DNA of 64,000 nucleotides from an uncultured Acidobacteriaceae bacterium (GCA_963787435.1 CAWBCZ010000015.1:58827-122826); one strand, 5' to 3'; shown: positions 10,068 through 19,574, counted from the stretch's first letter. Notes: a model not told the origin generated them from the letters alone. Program-made: numbers and translations.

Positions 10068-10826
10068 GCTGAAGCTGCATTTTACGATGTTGCAATAAAT
10101 GCGCAACCTGCGGGTTGCGCATTTAATTTTCAGGGAATAGAGGCGTGCGACGAGATCCCGGACGATGGGATAGCACTCGCATGCTGCGCTTTCAAGGCCT
10201 TCGCGATCGACGACCTGTATGCGGCCGCGGCTGTACTTGATGAGGCCGCTGCGCTGCAGAGTTCCCGCGGCGAGGGTGACGCTGGTGCGGCGAGCGCCCA
10301 ACATTTCAGCGAGAAACTCCTGGGTCAATTCAAAGTGATCTGACTGAAGGCGGTCCCGGACCATCAGCAACCAGCGGGCGAGGCGTTCTTCGATCTCGTG
10401 AAGGCCGTGGCATGCTGCGAGCTGGCTGAGAATGAAGCCCTGGCTCTGCACGCACTCCAGAATGCGTTGGGAGAGCGGCCCGGGTACGAGGAAGAGCTGC
10501 TGCAACTCGGCAAATGGCATCCGCAGGGCCGTCCCTTCACTTTGGATGAAGGCCGTGGTGGGGGCAGAGCCTGGTCCGAGGAGGTTGATCGCTTCAACGA
10601 GGCCTTCACGGCCAATCACGCCAACTTCGGCTCCGATGCCATCGGACATGAACGTAACGACGGAAGCAATGCCGGAGGTCATGAAGTGTGCAAACGGGGG
10701 CGTCTGGCCGGGGTTGGAGAGTACTGTTCCGACGGGTAAGTCGACTGGCTGCAGGCGCGCGAGCAGTGACGATTTCAGCTCAGGCGGAAGGGCATTGATG
10801 ATCAGATTTGATAGTTCGGCGGCCAT
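9948..10826 (-). CDS. Crp/Fnr family transcriptional regulator (3-prime end suspicious)
   Basis: cNMP-binding-like N-terminus and C-terminal HTH (RRTSVTLAAGTLQRSGLI). As printed, the ORF reads through the 10097-10124 hairpin and overlaps the convergent methyltransferase by 120 nt. Confidence 0.7.
   Translation of the reverse strand: MAAELSNLIINALPPELKSSLLARLQPVDLPVGTVLSNPGQTPPFAHFMTSGIASVVTFMSDGIGAEVGVIGREGLVEAINLLGPGSAPTTAFIQSEGTALRMPFAELQQLFLVPGPLSQRILECVQSQGFILSQLAACHGLHEIEERLARWLLMVRDRLQSDHFELTQEFLAEMLGARRTSVTLAAGTLQRSGLIKYSRGRIQVVDREGLESAACECYPIVRDLVARLYSLKIKCATRRLRIYCNIVKCSFSSSIPHHNRVWTHRNWVRLHAVESRLVVHRVQLAKCVRIS
10097..10124. terminator. Hairpin terminator downstream of the O-methyltransferase
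   Basis: AAATGCGCAACC-TGCG-GGTTGCGCATTT, a 12-bp stem, followed by AATTTT. Confidence 0.65.
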
Positions 10827-10992
10827 TGGGGAGATCCTTTGCGACAGTCGCAAGGGATTTCGCCTGGTCGGCGAGAAGAGTTGCGCTGAGAACTTGAGAA
10901 ACCTATCGCTATCTGCGGAAAACTATATGCTCCTGACCCAATGGAAGTATGTTCAATACCGCACATAACTATAGATTTCATTGTGATTTAGA

Positions 10993-11733
10993 TCACTTTG
11001 GCAATGAGGGGAATGGAGATACGGAATACGGTGCCATTGCGGTAGGGCGCGTGGTCGTAGTGCGGCTTCGGATGCGGCCGTGATACTTCTCGACGATGGA
11101 TTTGGAGATCGCGAGGCCAAGGCCTGTGCCGTGTTCTTTCTTGGTGGTAAAGAATGGGTCGAAGATCTTCGGAAATATGGTGGCCGGAATGCCAGATCCG
11201 TTGTCGGCCACGGTGACGTGTGCTTCATCGCCGGAGCGCTTGACGCCGATGTACAGGATTCCGTTTTCGGGCAAGGCGTCGATGGCGTTGGCGACAAGGT
11301 TGGAGAGAACCTGGAGCATGTCGCCCGCGTGGACTTCAGCAGAGACTTCAGCCCTGAACCGTTTGCGAAGATTGATTCGCTTGGCGGAGATCCTCTTCTG
11401 GTGCACGCGTAAGGCGGCTTCGGCCAGCGTGGAAATAGCGATCGACTCCCGCGTCTCGGATGATCGATAGAAGCTGAGCGTCTGGCGGGAGAGCTTCGTC
11501 AGGGTATGGAGCTGCTCGTCGAGCATCCTGCCGTACAGACGGACCTTGGCAGGGTCATCTGCTTCCTGCTGAATGAGATAGTTGAGATTATTGACGGCTT
11601 CCAGAGGCCCGTTGATCTCGTGCATGACCGCAGCCGCGAACTGACTGGCGACGGTAAGCTCCTGATTCTGGCGGAGAATCTCCTGGATTTGCTCTCCGCG
11701 ATTCAGCGCTGGCTGAGCGGGATCATGCATCAC
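10993..11733 (-). CDS. Small cytoplasmic sensor histidine kinase (HisKA + HATPase_c), C-terminal tail probably frame-shifted
   Basis: H-box [12 protein letters not shown]-box [11 protein letters not shown] and G-boxes DNGSGI / GTGLGLAIS are present. The family-typical ending [16 protein letters not shown] lies in another frame (stop at 10988), implying a 1-nt indel near 11040. Confidence 0.75.
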   Translation of the reverse strand: MMHDPAQPALNRGEQIQEILRQNQELTVASQFAAAVMHEINGPLEAVNNLNYLIQQEADDPAKVRLYGRMLDEQLHTLTKLSRQTLSFYRSSETRESIAISTLAEAALRVHQKRISAKRINLRKRFRAEVSAEVHAGDMLQVLSNLVANAIDALPENGILYIGVKRSGDEAHVTVADNGSGIPATIFPKIFDPFFTTKKEHGTGLGLAISKSIVEKYHGRIRSRTTTTRPTAMAPYSVSPFPSLPK

Positions 11734-11936
11734 CCCTTTTTAGCTGGGGAGGATGCCCTTCATGAGGCATCGACTACAGGAGGGAAGCGCCTCCGCAGGC
11801 CAGCTGCTGCTTCGGCATGGAAGGATTTGGAGGGGAGCCAAGCCCGCAATGTCAGGTATTAGACATAGGATGGCAGGACGACCTGAAAAGGTGGTCTCCT
11901 GAAAAAGCAAATTGCACATTAAATACTGCGAGCGGG

Positions 11937-13000
11937 TCAGGTGGTCGAGCGTCGGGTGCGGGCGGCAGCGGCTAGTTCCTGGAGGAGCGGGTAGGTCTGA
12001 CTCCAGTCAATGCAGGCATCGGTAATGCTTTGCCCGTGGACGAGAGGTCTGGCCCGGGATGAGCTTTTGTGCGCCGGCGACGAGGTTGCTTTCAATCATG
12101 ACGCCGATGATGTTGCGATTTCCGGCGGCAACTTGTCCGGCGATATCGCGGCAGACGAGCGGCTGGCGGGTGTGGTCCTTGTTGCTGTTGGCGTGGCTGC
12201 AATCGATCATGATGCGCGGCGCGGTCCCCGCCTTCTCCATTTGGAGAGCAGTCTCGGCAACGCACGCGGCGGTGTAATTGACCGTTTTGCGACCTCCGCG
12301 CAGGATGATGTGGGTTTCGCGATTGCCGGTGGTGACGAAAATGGCGGACTGTCCGTGCTTGGTGTGACCGAGGAAGGTGTGCGAGTTCGACGCGGAGAGG
12401 ATGGCGTCGATCGCGACCTGGATGTCGCCGGAGGTTGCATTCTTGAATCCGACGGGACAGGAGACGCCGGAGACGAGCTGACGGTGTACCTGGCTCTCGG
12501 TGGTGCGTGCGCCGATGGCCCCCCAACTGACGAGGCCGGCGATGTACTGCGGCGAGATCATGTCGAGGAACTCGGTGCCGGAGGGCACGCCCATTTCCGC
12601 GAGGTCGAGGAGCAAGATGGCGCGCCAGGCGAAGGCCGTCGTTGATCTTGTAGGAGCCGTCGAGATGCGGATCGTTGATGAGGCCCTTCCAGCCGACGGT
12701 GGTGCGGGGCTTCTCAAAGTAGACGCGCATCACGATGTGGAGATCGGCGGAGAATTCGGCGATGGCGGACTTGAGCAGGGCGGCGTATTCGACCGCGGCC
12801 TTGGTGTCGTGGATGGAGCAGGGGCCAACCAGGACCAGCAGGCGCGGGTCGCGATGCGCGAGGATGCGGGAGATATCGAGGCGCGCGTTGAAGATGGTGG
12901 CCGTGGCCTCCTCGCTGATGGGGCGTTCCTCTTCGAGGAAGACCGGGGGAAGGACAACCTTGGTCCATTGGATGCGAACGTCTTCAATGCCTTGATTCAT
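11937..13000 (-). pseudogene. aroG: Class I 3-deoxy-7-phosphoheptulonate (DAHP) synthase, two frame breaks
   Basis: The N-terminal part has LVLVGPCSIHD and RVYFEKPRTTVGWKGLINDP. The middle part (DLAEMGVPSGTEFLD...IMIDCSHANS) is in a second frame from about 12620. The C-terminus (PLVHGQSITDACIDW...) is in a third frame from about 12049. Confidence 0.85.
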
Positions 13001-13130
13001 GGGCTCTTTCTATGTGTGAACGGTCCGAAAGCAGGGAAGTTGGATAGCAGTCTTTCCTTAAATTTATCAGTTCCATAATGCATACAGTCGGCGAGGCCTT
13101 GTATCTGCGTATGGTGAGGCGGAAGAGACA

Positions 13131-13180
13131 ACCTCCGGGGCTAAAGCCCTGTCCATTATGCAAGAGTTAATGAAGTGGTA
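13131..13180. repeat. Dispersed intergenic repeat family, locus C (single partial unit)
   Basis: CAACCTCCGGGGCTAAAGCCCTGTCCATTATGCAAGAGTTAATG aligns with the first unit of loci A and B. Confidence 0.6.
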
Positions 13181-13190
13181 TGAGAGTTGG

Positions 13191-13466
13191 TCAGCGGCGG
13201 GATTTGCGTTTGGCGTCGGTGCGAGGCCAGTACTGGAATTCGTCGGAGAAGAGTTCGCCATTGAGGTCGGTGACGCGCTGAAGCATGCGTGTTTGTGCGT
13301 CTGAGATGGCCTGGTTGTAGATGGCCGGGCCGATCTCTTCGAGGAAAAAATTCAGCAGGAGACCCGCAGGCAGGTCGCCGATGGGTTCGAGGTTCTCTGC
13401 GAAGTAGCGCTGCATGGAAGCGATGGCATCGGCGCGTTGCTGTTTTGTGAGTTCGAGTGTGATCAT
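13191..13466 (-). CDS. DUF2164 domain-containing protein
   Basis: 91 aa. ELTKQQRADAIASMQRYFAENLEPIGDLPAGLLLNFFLEEIGPAIYNQAISDAQ matches my recollection of the DUF2164 family. Confidence 0.65.
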   Translation of the reverse strand: MITLELTKQQRADAIASMQRYFAENLEPIGDLPAGLLLNFFLEEIGPAIYNQAISDAQTRMLQRVTDLNGELFSDEFQYWPRTDAKRKSRR

Positions 13467-13635
13467 CGGGGCCGGCTCCTCTCAAACGATCGATGGTAAG
13501 GGATCGAAATCGGACAAACCGCGGAAAGTGAGTCGAATGCCGATGAATTAAATGCAGCCTTACCGCCACCGTGGCCCGTCTTCTAGAGTTAGAGCGCAAG
13601 CATAGCAGACATAGGCGCCGTGCTTGGAGAGACTT

Positions 13636-14796
13636 ATGGGCCAAGGAGATTGGGTGAGGTTCAGTCACACATTTGTGGGCCGGCTTGCCGGGCTCATTTT
13701 CATCCTTGCAGGATGTAGCCGGTTCATCGTCGGGCAGACAAGCCCGGCTGTGCCAGCGCAACAGCTGGAATCGAGCGATCCGACGCTGACGCACCGGCCT
13801 CCGCCGAAGGCGAAGAATCTCTTGATCCCGGAAGGCAAGATCAAGCTGGACGTGATGGTGAATGACAGCGCTGGGCAGCCTTTGCCGGGACTGCAGCCCT
13901 GGGATTTCAAGATTCTCGACAACAACCAGCCGCGCAAGGTGCTGTCGTTTCGCGCCTTCAATGACTCAGAGGCGAAGCCCGATCCGCCGGTCGAGGTGAT
14001 CCTGGTGATCGACATGGTAAACCTGCCCTTTCAGGAGGTAGCGGTTACACGGCAGGAGATTGAACGATTTCTGCAGGCGAATGGAGGACATCTCAGGCAG
14101 CCGGTGACGCTGCTTCTGCTGACCGATGCAGGGATGCGCGTGCAGCCTAGGCCTTCAGTTGACGGCAATGCACTAGTGAGTGTGGTAAGGCAGATCAAGG
14201 GAAATGTGAGAACTGTCGACGCAGCCATGGCCGGGGAGGGCCTGCTTGAACGGTTCCAGCTATGTGCACGACAGATGGAGGCCATCGCGGAGAATGAGGC
14301 GCGCAAGCCGGGCAGGAAGATGCTGATCTGGGTGGGGCCAGGCTGGCCGATGTTGACCAGGCCCGAGCTCGGATACTATTCCGAAAAAGATCAGCGGAGA
14401 TACTTTGATGGCATCGTTGAGCTTTCGACGAGGCTGCGCGAGGCGCGCATGGTGGTGTACAGCGTGGCACCAACCACTGACGCTGACACGACGCATGCGA
14501 TACGCTACCAGGATTATTTGAAGCCGGTGAAGTCACCGCGCGAGTCGGATCCGGGCGATTTGTCGCTGAAAGTGCTGGCTACGCAAACCGGCGGGAAGAT
14601 TTTGGGTCCTGACAACGATCTCGCAAGCCAGATCGAGCGGTGTATCGCCGATGCGAATAATTTTTATCGGATTTCATTTGATCCGCCGGCGGCGGAGCAT
14701 GCTGATGAGTATCACGATTTGAAGGTGACGGTGGATAAGCTTGGCGTCGTGGTGCGGACGAATTCGGGGTACTACAACGAACCGGCGGGACATTGA
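13636..14796 (+). CDS. VWFA-related Acidobacterial-domain protein (TIGR03436-like), paralog 1
   Basis: Signal/TM segment followed by a beta-sandwich-like KLDVMVNDSAGQPLPGL...VLSF. A VWA-like core (VILVIDMVN) follows, and the tail is FYRISFDPP...YHDLKVTVDKLGVVVRTNSGYYNEPAGH. Confidence 0.75.
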   Translation: MGQGDWVRFSHTFVGRLAGLIFILAGCSRFIVGQTSPAVPAQQLESSDPTLTHRPPPKAKNLLIPEGKIKLDVMVNDSAGQPLPGLQPWDFKILDNNQPRKVLSFRAFNDSEAKPDPPVEVILVIDMVNLPFQEVAVTRQEIERFLQANGGHLRQPVTLLLLTDAGMRVQPRPSVDGNALVSVVRQIKGNVRTVDAAMAGEGLLERFQLCARQMEAIAENEARKPGRKMLIWVGPGWPMLTRPELGYYSEKDQRRYFDGIVELSTRLREARMVVYSVAPTTDADTTHAIRYQDYLKPVKSPRESDPGDLSLKVLATQTGGKILGPDNDLASQIERCIADANNFYRISFDPPAAEHADEYHDLKVTVDKLGVVVRTNSGYYNEPAGH

Positions 14797-14899
14797 TCCT
14801 GACCGTGTTCCGTTCGGACTTCCGGATACTGCCGGAGTGAAGCGAAACGGAGTAGAGTGTTCTGAATTAAATTTCTTGATCATTAAGGTGAGTCGGGTC

Positions 14900-15973
14900 A
14901 TGGGCAAGTCCGGCAGTGTGTTAGCGCTCTTCCTGTTTTTTCTTTCGCTTTCAGTTCATGCGCAGCAAGCCGGCGCTTCCGCCAATCCGGCTTTCGAGCC
15001 GGTGACGACGGTGCAGCAACGGCCAATTTTTCTGGATGTTGCCGCAACAGACAGTTCCGGGAAACCGGTCGGGGATCTGGAACCGTTTGATATATCGGTT
15101 CTGGACGAGGGGCAACAGCGCAAGATTCTCGGTTTTCGTCGCACGGATGGCTCGGTTGGGTCGAAGCTGGATCCACCGGTAGAAGTGATCATCGTGCTTG
15201 ACGCCGTGAACCTGCCCTACCAGGCGACGACACGGCTTAGATTGGAAATCGATAAGTTCCTGCGCGAGAATGGCGGTCATCTCGCACAGCCGGTTTCGAT
15301 CTATATGTTTACGAGCGAGGGATTGCGCGTGCAGCCGGCACCGTCCAAGGATGGAAACGCGCTGGCTGCGATGCTGGACGAGTCGACCGGAACGGTTCGG
15401 GCAAGGGATCTGTCGGGAGGAGTCTACTCGTTGCAAGAACAGTTTCAGTCGTCGTACAAAACGATAAGCGGGATCGCCGAGAATCTTTCACACAAGGCGG
15501 GAAGGAAAGTAGTGATCTGGCTGGGGCCGGGCTGGCCGCTGCTTACAGAGCGGTTCTTCATTCAGACCGACGTGTCGCGCGAAACGTATTTCCGCCAGAT
15601 CGCAGCACTCCAGAACAAACTGCGCGAGGCGCGCATAACCCTGTACAGCCTTTTCACAATTGCAGGCGTGACGAACACCTTGTATGAGAACTACCTGAAA
15701 CCGGTGCGAGAAGTGCGCAAGATGGAGATCGGCGACATGGCGGTGCAGGTTCTGGCCCTGCATTCCGGAGGACGCGTGCTGGAACCCAGCAATGACGTAA
15801 AGGGGCAGATTGACGCCTGCGTCGCAGAGGTAGGCGAGTATTACACGATTGCCTTTGCGCCTCCGCCGGCTGCAAAAGCGGATGAGTATCACGACCTCAA
15901 GGTAACGGTGGGCAGGCCCGGCGTTACCGTTCGTACGAATTCGGGATACTACAACGAGCCGGCGGGTCATTGA
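14900..15973 (+). CDS. VWFA-related Acidobacterial-domain protein (TIGR03436-like), paralog 2
   Basis: Same architecture as the upstream gene and a nearly identical C-terminal 30 aa (YHDLKVTVGRPGVTVRTNSGYYNEPAGH). The start is at MGKSGSVLALFLFF (ATG 14900). Confidence 0.75.
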   Translation: MGKSGSVLALFLFFLSLSVHAQQAGASANPAFEPVTTVQQRPIFLDVAATDSSGKPVGDLEPFDISVLDEGQQRKILGFRRTDGSVGSKLDPPVEVIIVLDAVNLPYQATTRLRLEIDKFLRENGGHLAQPVSIYMFTSEGLRVQPAPSKDGNALAAMLDESTGTVRARDLSGGVYSLQEQFQSSYKTISGIAENLSHKAGRKVVIWLGPGWPLLTERFFIQTDVSRETYFRQIAALQNKLREARITLYSLFTIAGVTNTLYENYLKPVREVRKMEIGDMAVQVLALHSGGRVLEPSNDVKGQIDACVAEVGEYYTIAFAPPPAAKADEYHDLKVTVGRPGVTVRTNSGYYNEPAGH

Positions 15974-16059
15974 GTCGTGTTTCGTGCGGAGATGCGAATT
16001 TTGCCTGACTGAAACGCAGGATTGGCAACCTCGACCAAGAGGTTTGGCGGGGCTGCGAA

Positions 16060-16492
16060 CTATCGGTGAAGGATAAGTTTCTTGCGCATCAGCCAGATAC
16101 CCACGGCGAGTGTGAGCCAAACGAGGGTGGCAAGCGCGAAGACGACGAACAGGCTTGTGCGCGGCAACCAGATCCAGATGACCAGGGCGAATCCGGCGAG
16201 GCCAATGCATCCCATCGCCGCGCCCAGTGCGTCGATGGCGGCGACGATGCGGCCGCGATTGGTTCCGTCGAAGCCGGCGCGGGCTTTGTGCATCTTCTCG
16301 TGCGCTTCAACGAGGCTCACTCCTGCGGGAAAGATGGCGGGAAAGGCGAGGAAGAGGCCACCGATAGCCAGGACCGAATTTCTGTGAGATCAAGCCGGCG
16401 ATTACGCACACCGCGCCGCCAAATACGAAACGGATAATCCATTCGTGCGGCTTGATTCCCTTGATTGCAGAGAGACGCGCATGGACGATCAT
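16060..16492 (-). pseudogene. DUF3147-like small membrane protein, one frame break
   Basis: ORFs 16307-16540 and 16060-16320 join at about 16365-16375: ...GLISQKFGP / AIGGLFLAFPAIFPAGVSLVEAHEK... It is a paralog of the upstream gene. Confidence 0.55.
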
Positions 16493-16497
16493 AGCGG

Positions 16498-16842
16498 CTA
16501 TCTCGCCACCAGATAGAGGGCGAAGGAAACGACGAACCATACAGGCATGAGAGCGACAGTGGCGGCAAGGGCTGAAGGCTTGTAGCGCAGGAGAATCCAG
16601 CTCACGGCTGCGGCGTAGCAGAAGAATGCGATGGCGCCGAAGATCATGGAACGCGCTTCAATGGCGGCATAGGCTTTGCCATGGGACGAGATCGTGATGC
16701 CGATGGTGGCGAGCGCGATGGAGGGAGCTGCGCCAAAGAGTCCGGCGAAGCTCTTGGGGCGGAAGATCTCGGCGAGGCCGGCGAAGGCGCTGACGATGAC
16801 ACCGCCGATCAGGAAGCGCGCGATGAGTTCGGCAGGGTGCAT
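16498..16842 (-). CDS. DUF3147 family membrane protein
   Basis: 114 aa with 4 predicted TM segments. ELIARFLIGGVIVSAFAGLAEIFRPKSFAGLFGAAPS resembles DUF3147. Confidence 0.6.
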   Translation of the reverse strand: MHPAELIARFLIGGVIVSAFAGLAEIFRPKSFAGLFGAAPSIALATIGITISSHGKAYAAIEARSMIFGAIAFFCYAAAVSWILLRYKPSALAATVALMPVWFVVSFALYLVAR

Positions 16843-16852
16843 GGGAGCGACC

Positions 16853-17413
16853 TCAGGCGGCTCGCCGCGCTTTCTGGATCATGCGCATGGCGGCGTCGAC
16901 TTTCTTGCATCCGAGCAGCTTGTATCTCTTGCCTTCGAGGCGGTGGTAGTTGACGAAGAATTCTTCGAGTTCGCGGAGGAATTTTTTGGGTAGGTCTGAG
17001 AGCCGCCTGATGTAGGCGTACTCGTGGTTCATCTCTGCTACGGCGAGAAGGCGGTCGTTGCGATTGGTCTTCTTTCCCTCGGTCTGCTCTCCTTCGATGA
17101 TGCCGATGAGCCGGGCGCGGACGGCGATGCCGGGGAAGGCCGGCTCGTCCATGAGAAGAAGAACATCGAGGGGGTCGCCATCGGGGGCCAGGGTTCGGGG
17201 GAGGAAGCCGAAGTCGTAGGGAAAGGTCATTCCCGCGGGAAGCACCTTCTTCACGGTGAAGATGTTCTGTTCAGCGTCGAATGCAAATTTGTTACGGCTG
17301 CCTTTTGGGGTCTCAACGATGACCTGGATGATGCCATCGGTGTTGTCCACTGGCTTCAGAAGGACTGGGTTTGCGAGACTCTTGCCTGGCTTCCTGGGCA
17401 TTGCATGCTCCAT
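16853..17413 (-). CDS. ppa: Inorganic pyrophosphatase (family I)
   Basis: VIVETPKGSRNKF and FPYDFGFLPRTLAPDGDPLDVLLL are Ppa signature regions. Confidence 0.9.
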   Translation of the reverse strand: MEHAMPRKPGKSLANPVLLKPVDNTDGIIQVIVETPKGSRNKFAFDAEQNIFTVKKVLPAGMTFPYDFGFLPRTLAPDGDPLDVLLLMDEPAFPGIAVRARLIGIIEGEQTEGKKTNRNDRLLAVAEMNHEYAYIRRLSDLPKKFLRELEEFFVNYHRLEGKRYKLLGCKKVDAAMRMIQKARRAA

Positions 17414-17519
17414 AAATTCACGAATTTGTTATCTGTCACTGAGAGAGCTAGTGGACTGATTCGGTTGCCCTAAGCGGCAGTTCCGTGAGAAGCAGCTGTT
17501 GGGAAACTCATCGCGGAAC

Positions 17520-17549
17520 TTGACAGTGCCACTGTGAGATTTCTAAGAT
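17520..17549 (+). promoter_or_regulatory. Candidate sigma-70-type promoter of the hrcA operon
   Basis: TTGACA (17520-17525), an 18-nt spacer, then TAAGAT (17544-17549). Confidence 0.4.
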
Positions 17550-17558
17550 TAAAAAGGA

Positions 17559-17605
17559 TAATCCTACCCATTCAGATCTCTAAGCATCTCATTATGGGAG
17601 GATTA
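17559..17605 (+). promoter_or_regulatory. Inverted repeat at the start of the hrcA leader
   Basis: TAATCCTACCCAT (17559-17571) pairs with ATGGGAGGATTA (17594-17605). That gives 12 bp with one bulge and a 22-nt loop. It is not a CIRCE sequence. Confidence 0.4.
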
Positions 17606-17709
17606 GGGCGGTTCTGCGGAGGTTGCGGACCGCTGGAGCCGGGTTCGGGCGCGGCAGCATCGACCTGCCGAAGGCACGATGTGCCCGATACAACGAGGTA
17701 GCTAATCAG

Positions 17710-18825
17710 ATGCCGGAGACGCGCGTGAGTCCGCGGGAGCGGCTGGTTCTTACGGCGATAATCGAGCTCTATATCGCTACCGGGGAACCCGTTGCCTCGC
17801 AGGCGGTTGCGGATCATTTCGCGCATAAAGAAGGATTGAGCTCGGCGACCATCCGCAACGTGATGGTGTCGCTGGGGGAGGCTGGACTGCTGGAGCAACC
17901 GCACACTTCAGCCGGAAGGGTGCCTACGGCGTCGGCGTTTCGCTATTACGTGGAGCAGATCACAAGGCAAGACCCGCCGGTGAGCCGGATCGGCGCAGGC
18001 GGAGCCACCTTTGCGACACTGCCTCAGGCTGGGATTCCGCTGAGCGAAGAGCGTCGGGGACAGATTGAGGAGAGTTTTTCGGGTGTTACCAGTTCGAATG
18101 AGTATCTGGAGCGGACATCGCATGTTTTGGCACTGATTTCGAGCGGGCTGGGTGTAGCGCTGGCCAGCGGCACGGCGGACCAGGTACTGGAGCATATTCA
18201 TTTTTCGCGGTTGTCTGCGGGGCGCGTTCTGGCGGTGGTGGTTACACGTGCGGGAGCAGTGCTGGACCGGGTTTTGATTCTTGACCGGGAGATGACGCAT
18301 CTAGAACTGGAGACGGCGGCGCGATATCTGAACGAAACTTTTCATGGGTGGCCGATCGACCGCATCCGGACTGAGATCACGCGCCGGATGGAGGAGGAAC
18401 GAGAAGCCTACAACCAGTTGTTGACGTCGGTTGAGGAGCTTTGCCGCAAAGGTGCGCTAACCGTAGGTGATGCGGCTTCAGTACTTTACGTGGAAGGCAT
18501 GGCGAATCTGATCGCGGCAGAGGCGGACCGGGATCGCTTGAAGCAAATGCTGCTAGCCCTTGAGGCCAAGCAGAGGCTGGTGGAACTGCTGACGGCGTAT
18601 GTAAATGGGAGCCAGCAGGAAGTGCGTGTAGTCGTGGGACTTGATGAAGCTTCCCCCGCGATGCAGGACCTGGTGCTGATCGGGTCACCGGCGAGACTGG
18701 GCGGAACAAGCCTTGGGACGGTGGCAGTGATCGCACCCACCCGCATCCAATATCAGGAGATGATCCAGGCTGTGCGCTACGTGGCGAGGCTCTCGGAGCG
18801 CATACTGGAGATTCCAATTCAGTAA
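17710..18825 (+). CDS. hrcA: Heat-inducible transcriptional repressor HrcA
   Basis: The winged-helix N-terminus SPRERLVLTAIIELYIATGEPVASQAV matches HrcA, as does the length. The gene sits upstream of grpE-dnaJ. Confidence 0.9.
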   Translation: MPETRVSPRERLVLTAIIELYIATGEPVASQAVADHFAHKEGLSSATIRNVMVSLGEAGLLEQPHTSAGRVPTASAFRYYVEQITRQDPPVSRIGAGGATFATLPQAGIPLSEERRGQIEESFSGVTSSNEYLERTSHVLALISSGLGVALASGTADQVLEHIHFSRLSAGRVLAVVVTRAGAVLDRVLILDREMTHLELETAARYLNETFHGWPIDRIRTEITRRMEEEREAYNQLLTSVEELCRKGALTVGDAASVLYVEGMANLIAAEADRDRLKQMLLALEAKQRLVELLTAYVNGSQQEVRVVVGLDEASPAMQDLVLIGSPARLGGTSLGTVAVIAPTRIQYQEMIQAVRYVARLSERILEIPIQ

Positions 18826-18965
18826 GGTGCCGGCAGAAGGGGTGCGCGGAATAAATCCGCATATCGTGTGCTTTTGCGCCGCAAGATGCTCCGGAGAGAA
18901 GCCGGAACTTGCCGAGGAATTTATCATTGACTAAGAAGAGAAACATTTGGGGAATACGTAGAGAT

Positions 18966-19574
18966 ATGCCAGAGAGGGAAGCAGAGATGACTGCGCTGGA
19001 AAATGAAGAAACCGGCGTCACCGAGAATGCGTCGGCTGAAGGCGCCGAGACGCCTTCGGCTGAGGTGCGGGCCGAGCAGGCACCGGTAAACCGGGCTGAA
19101 TTTGAGGCGCTCCAGGCGGAGTACGACCAGCTGAAGAAAGAACGCGACCAACTGGTGGATCGTCTCGCGCGCTTGCAGGCGGAGTTTGAGAACGCGCGCA
19201 AGCGAGCGGAGAAAGAGAAGTCCGATTTTCGCGACTACGCGACGGGCTCGGTGGTGGAGCAGTTTCTTCCGGTGCTGGATAACTTTGAGCTGGCGCTGAA
19301 GTCGACGGGTTCGCTGGAGCAGCTGCGCGCAGGCGTGGAGTTGATTGTGAAGCAGATGGAGGAGATTCTGCGCGGACTGCAGGTCCAGCCGGTCGCAACG
19401 GTGGGCGAAGAGTTCGATCCACGTCACCACGAAGCGATGGGCTCAGTGGAGCGCGAGGATCTGCCCGATCAGCACGTGGCGGAAGAGATCCGCCGCGGAT
19501 ACCGGCTGCGTGAGAAGCTATTGCGGCCAGCGTTGGTGCGCGTAGTATCCAACCCAAAACAAACGAACGAGTGA
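18966..19574 (+). CDS. grpE: Nucleotide exchange factor GrpE
   Basis: Coiled-coil N-terminus and ARLQAEFENARKR... typical of GrpE. The exact start is uncertain (18966 or 18987). Confidence 0.9.
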   Translation: MPEREAEMTALENEETGVTENASAEGAETPSAEVRAEQAPVNRAEFEALQAEYDQLKKERDQLVDRLARLQAEFENARKRAEKEKSDFRDYATGSVVEQFLPVLDNFELALKSTGSLEQLRAGVELIVKQMEEILRGLQVQPVATVGEEFDPRHHEAMGSVEREDLPDQHVAEEIRRGYRLREKLLRPALVRVVSNPKQTNE

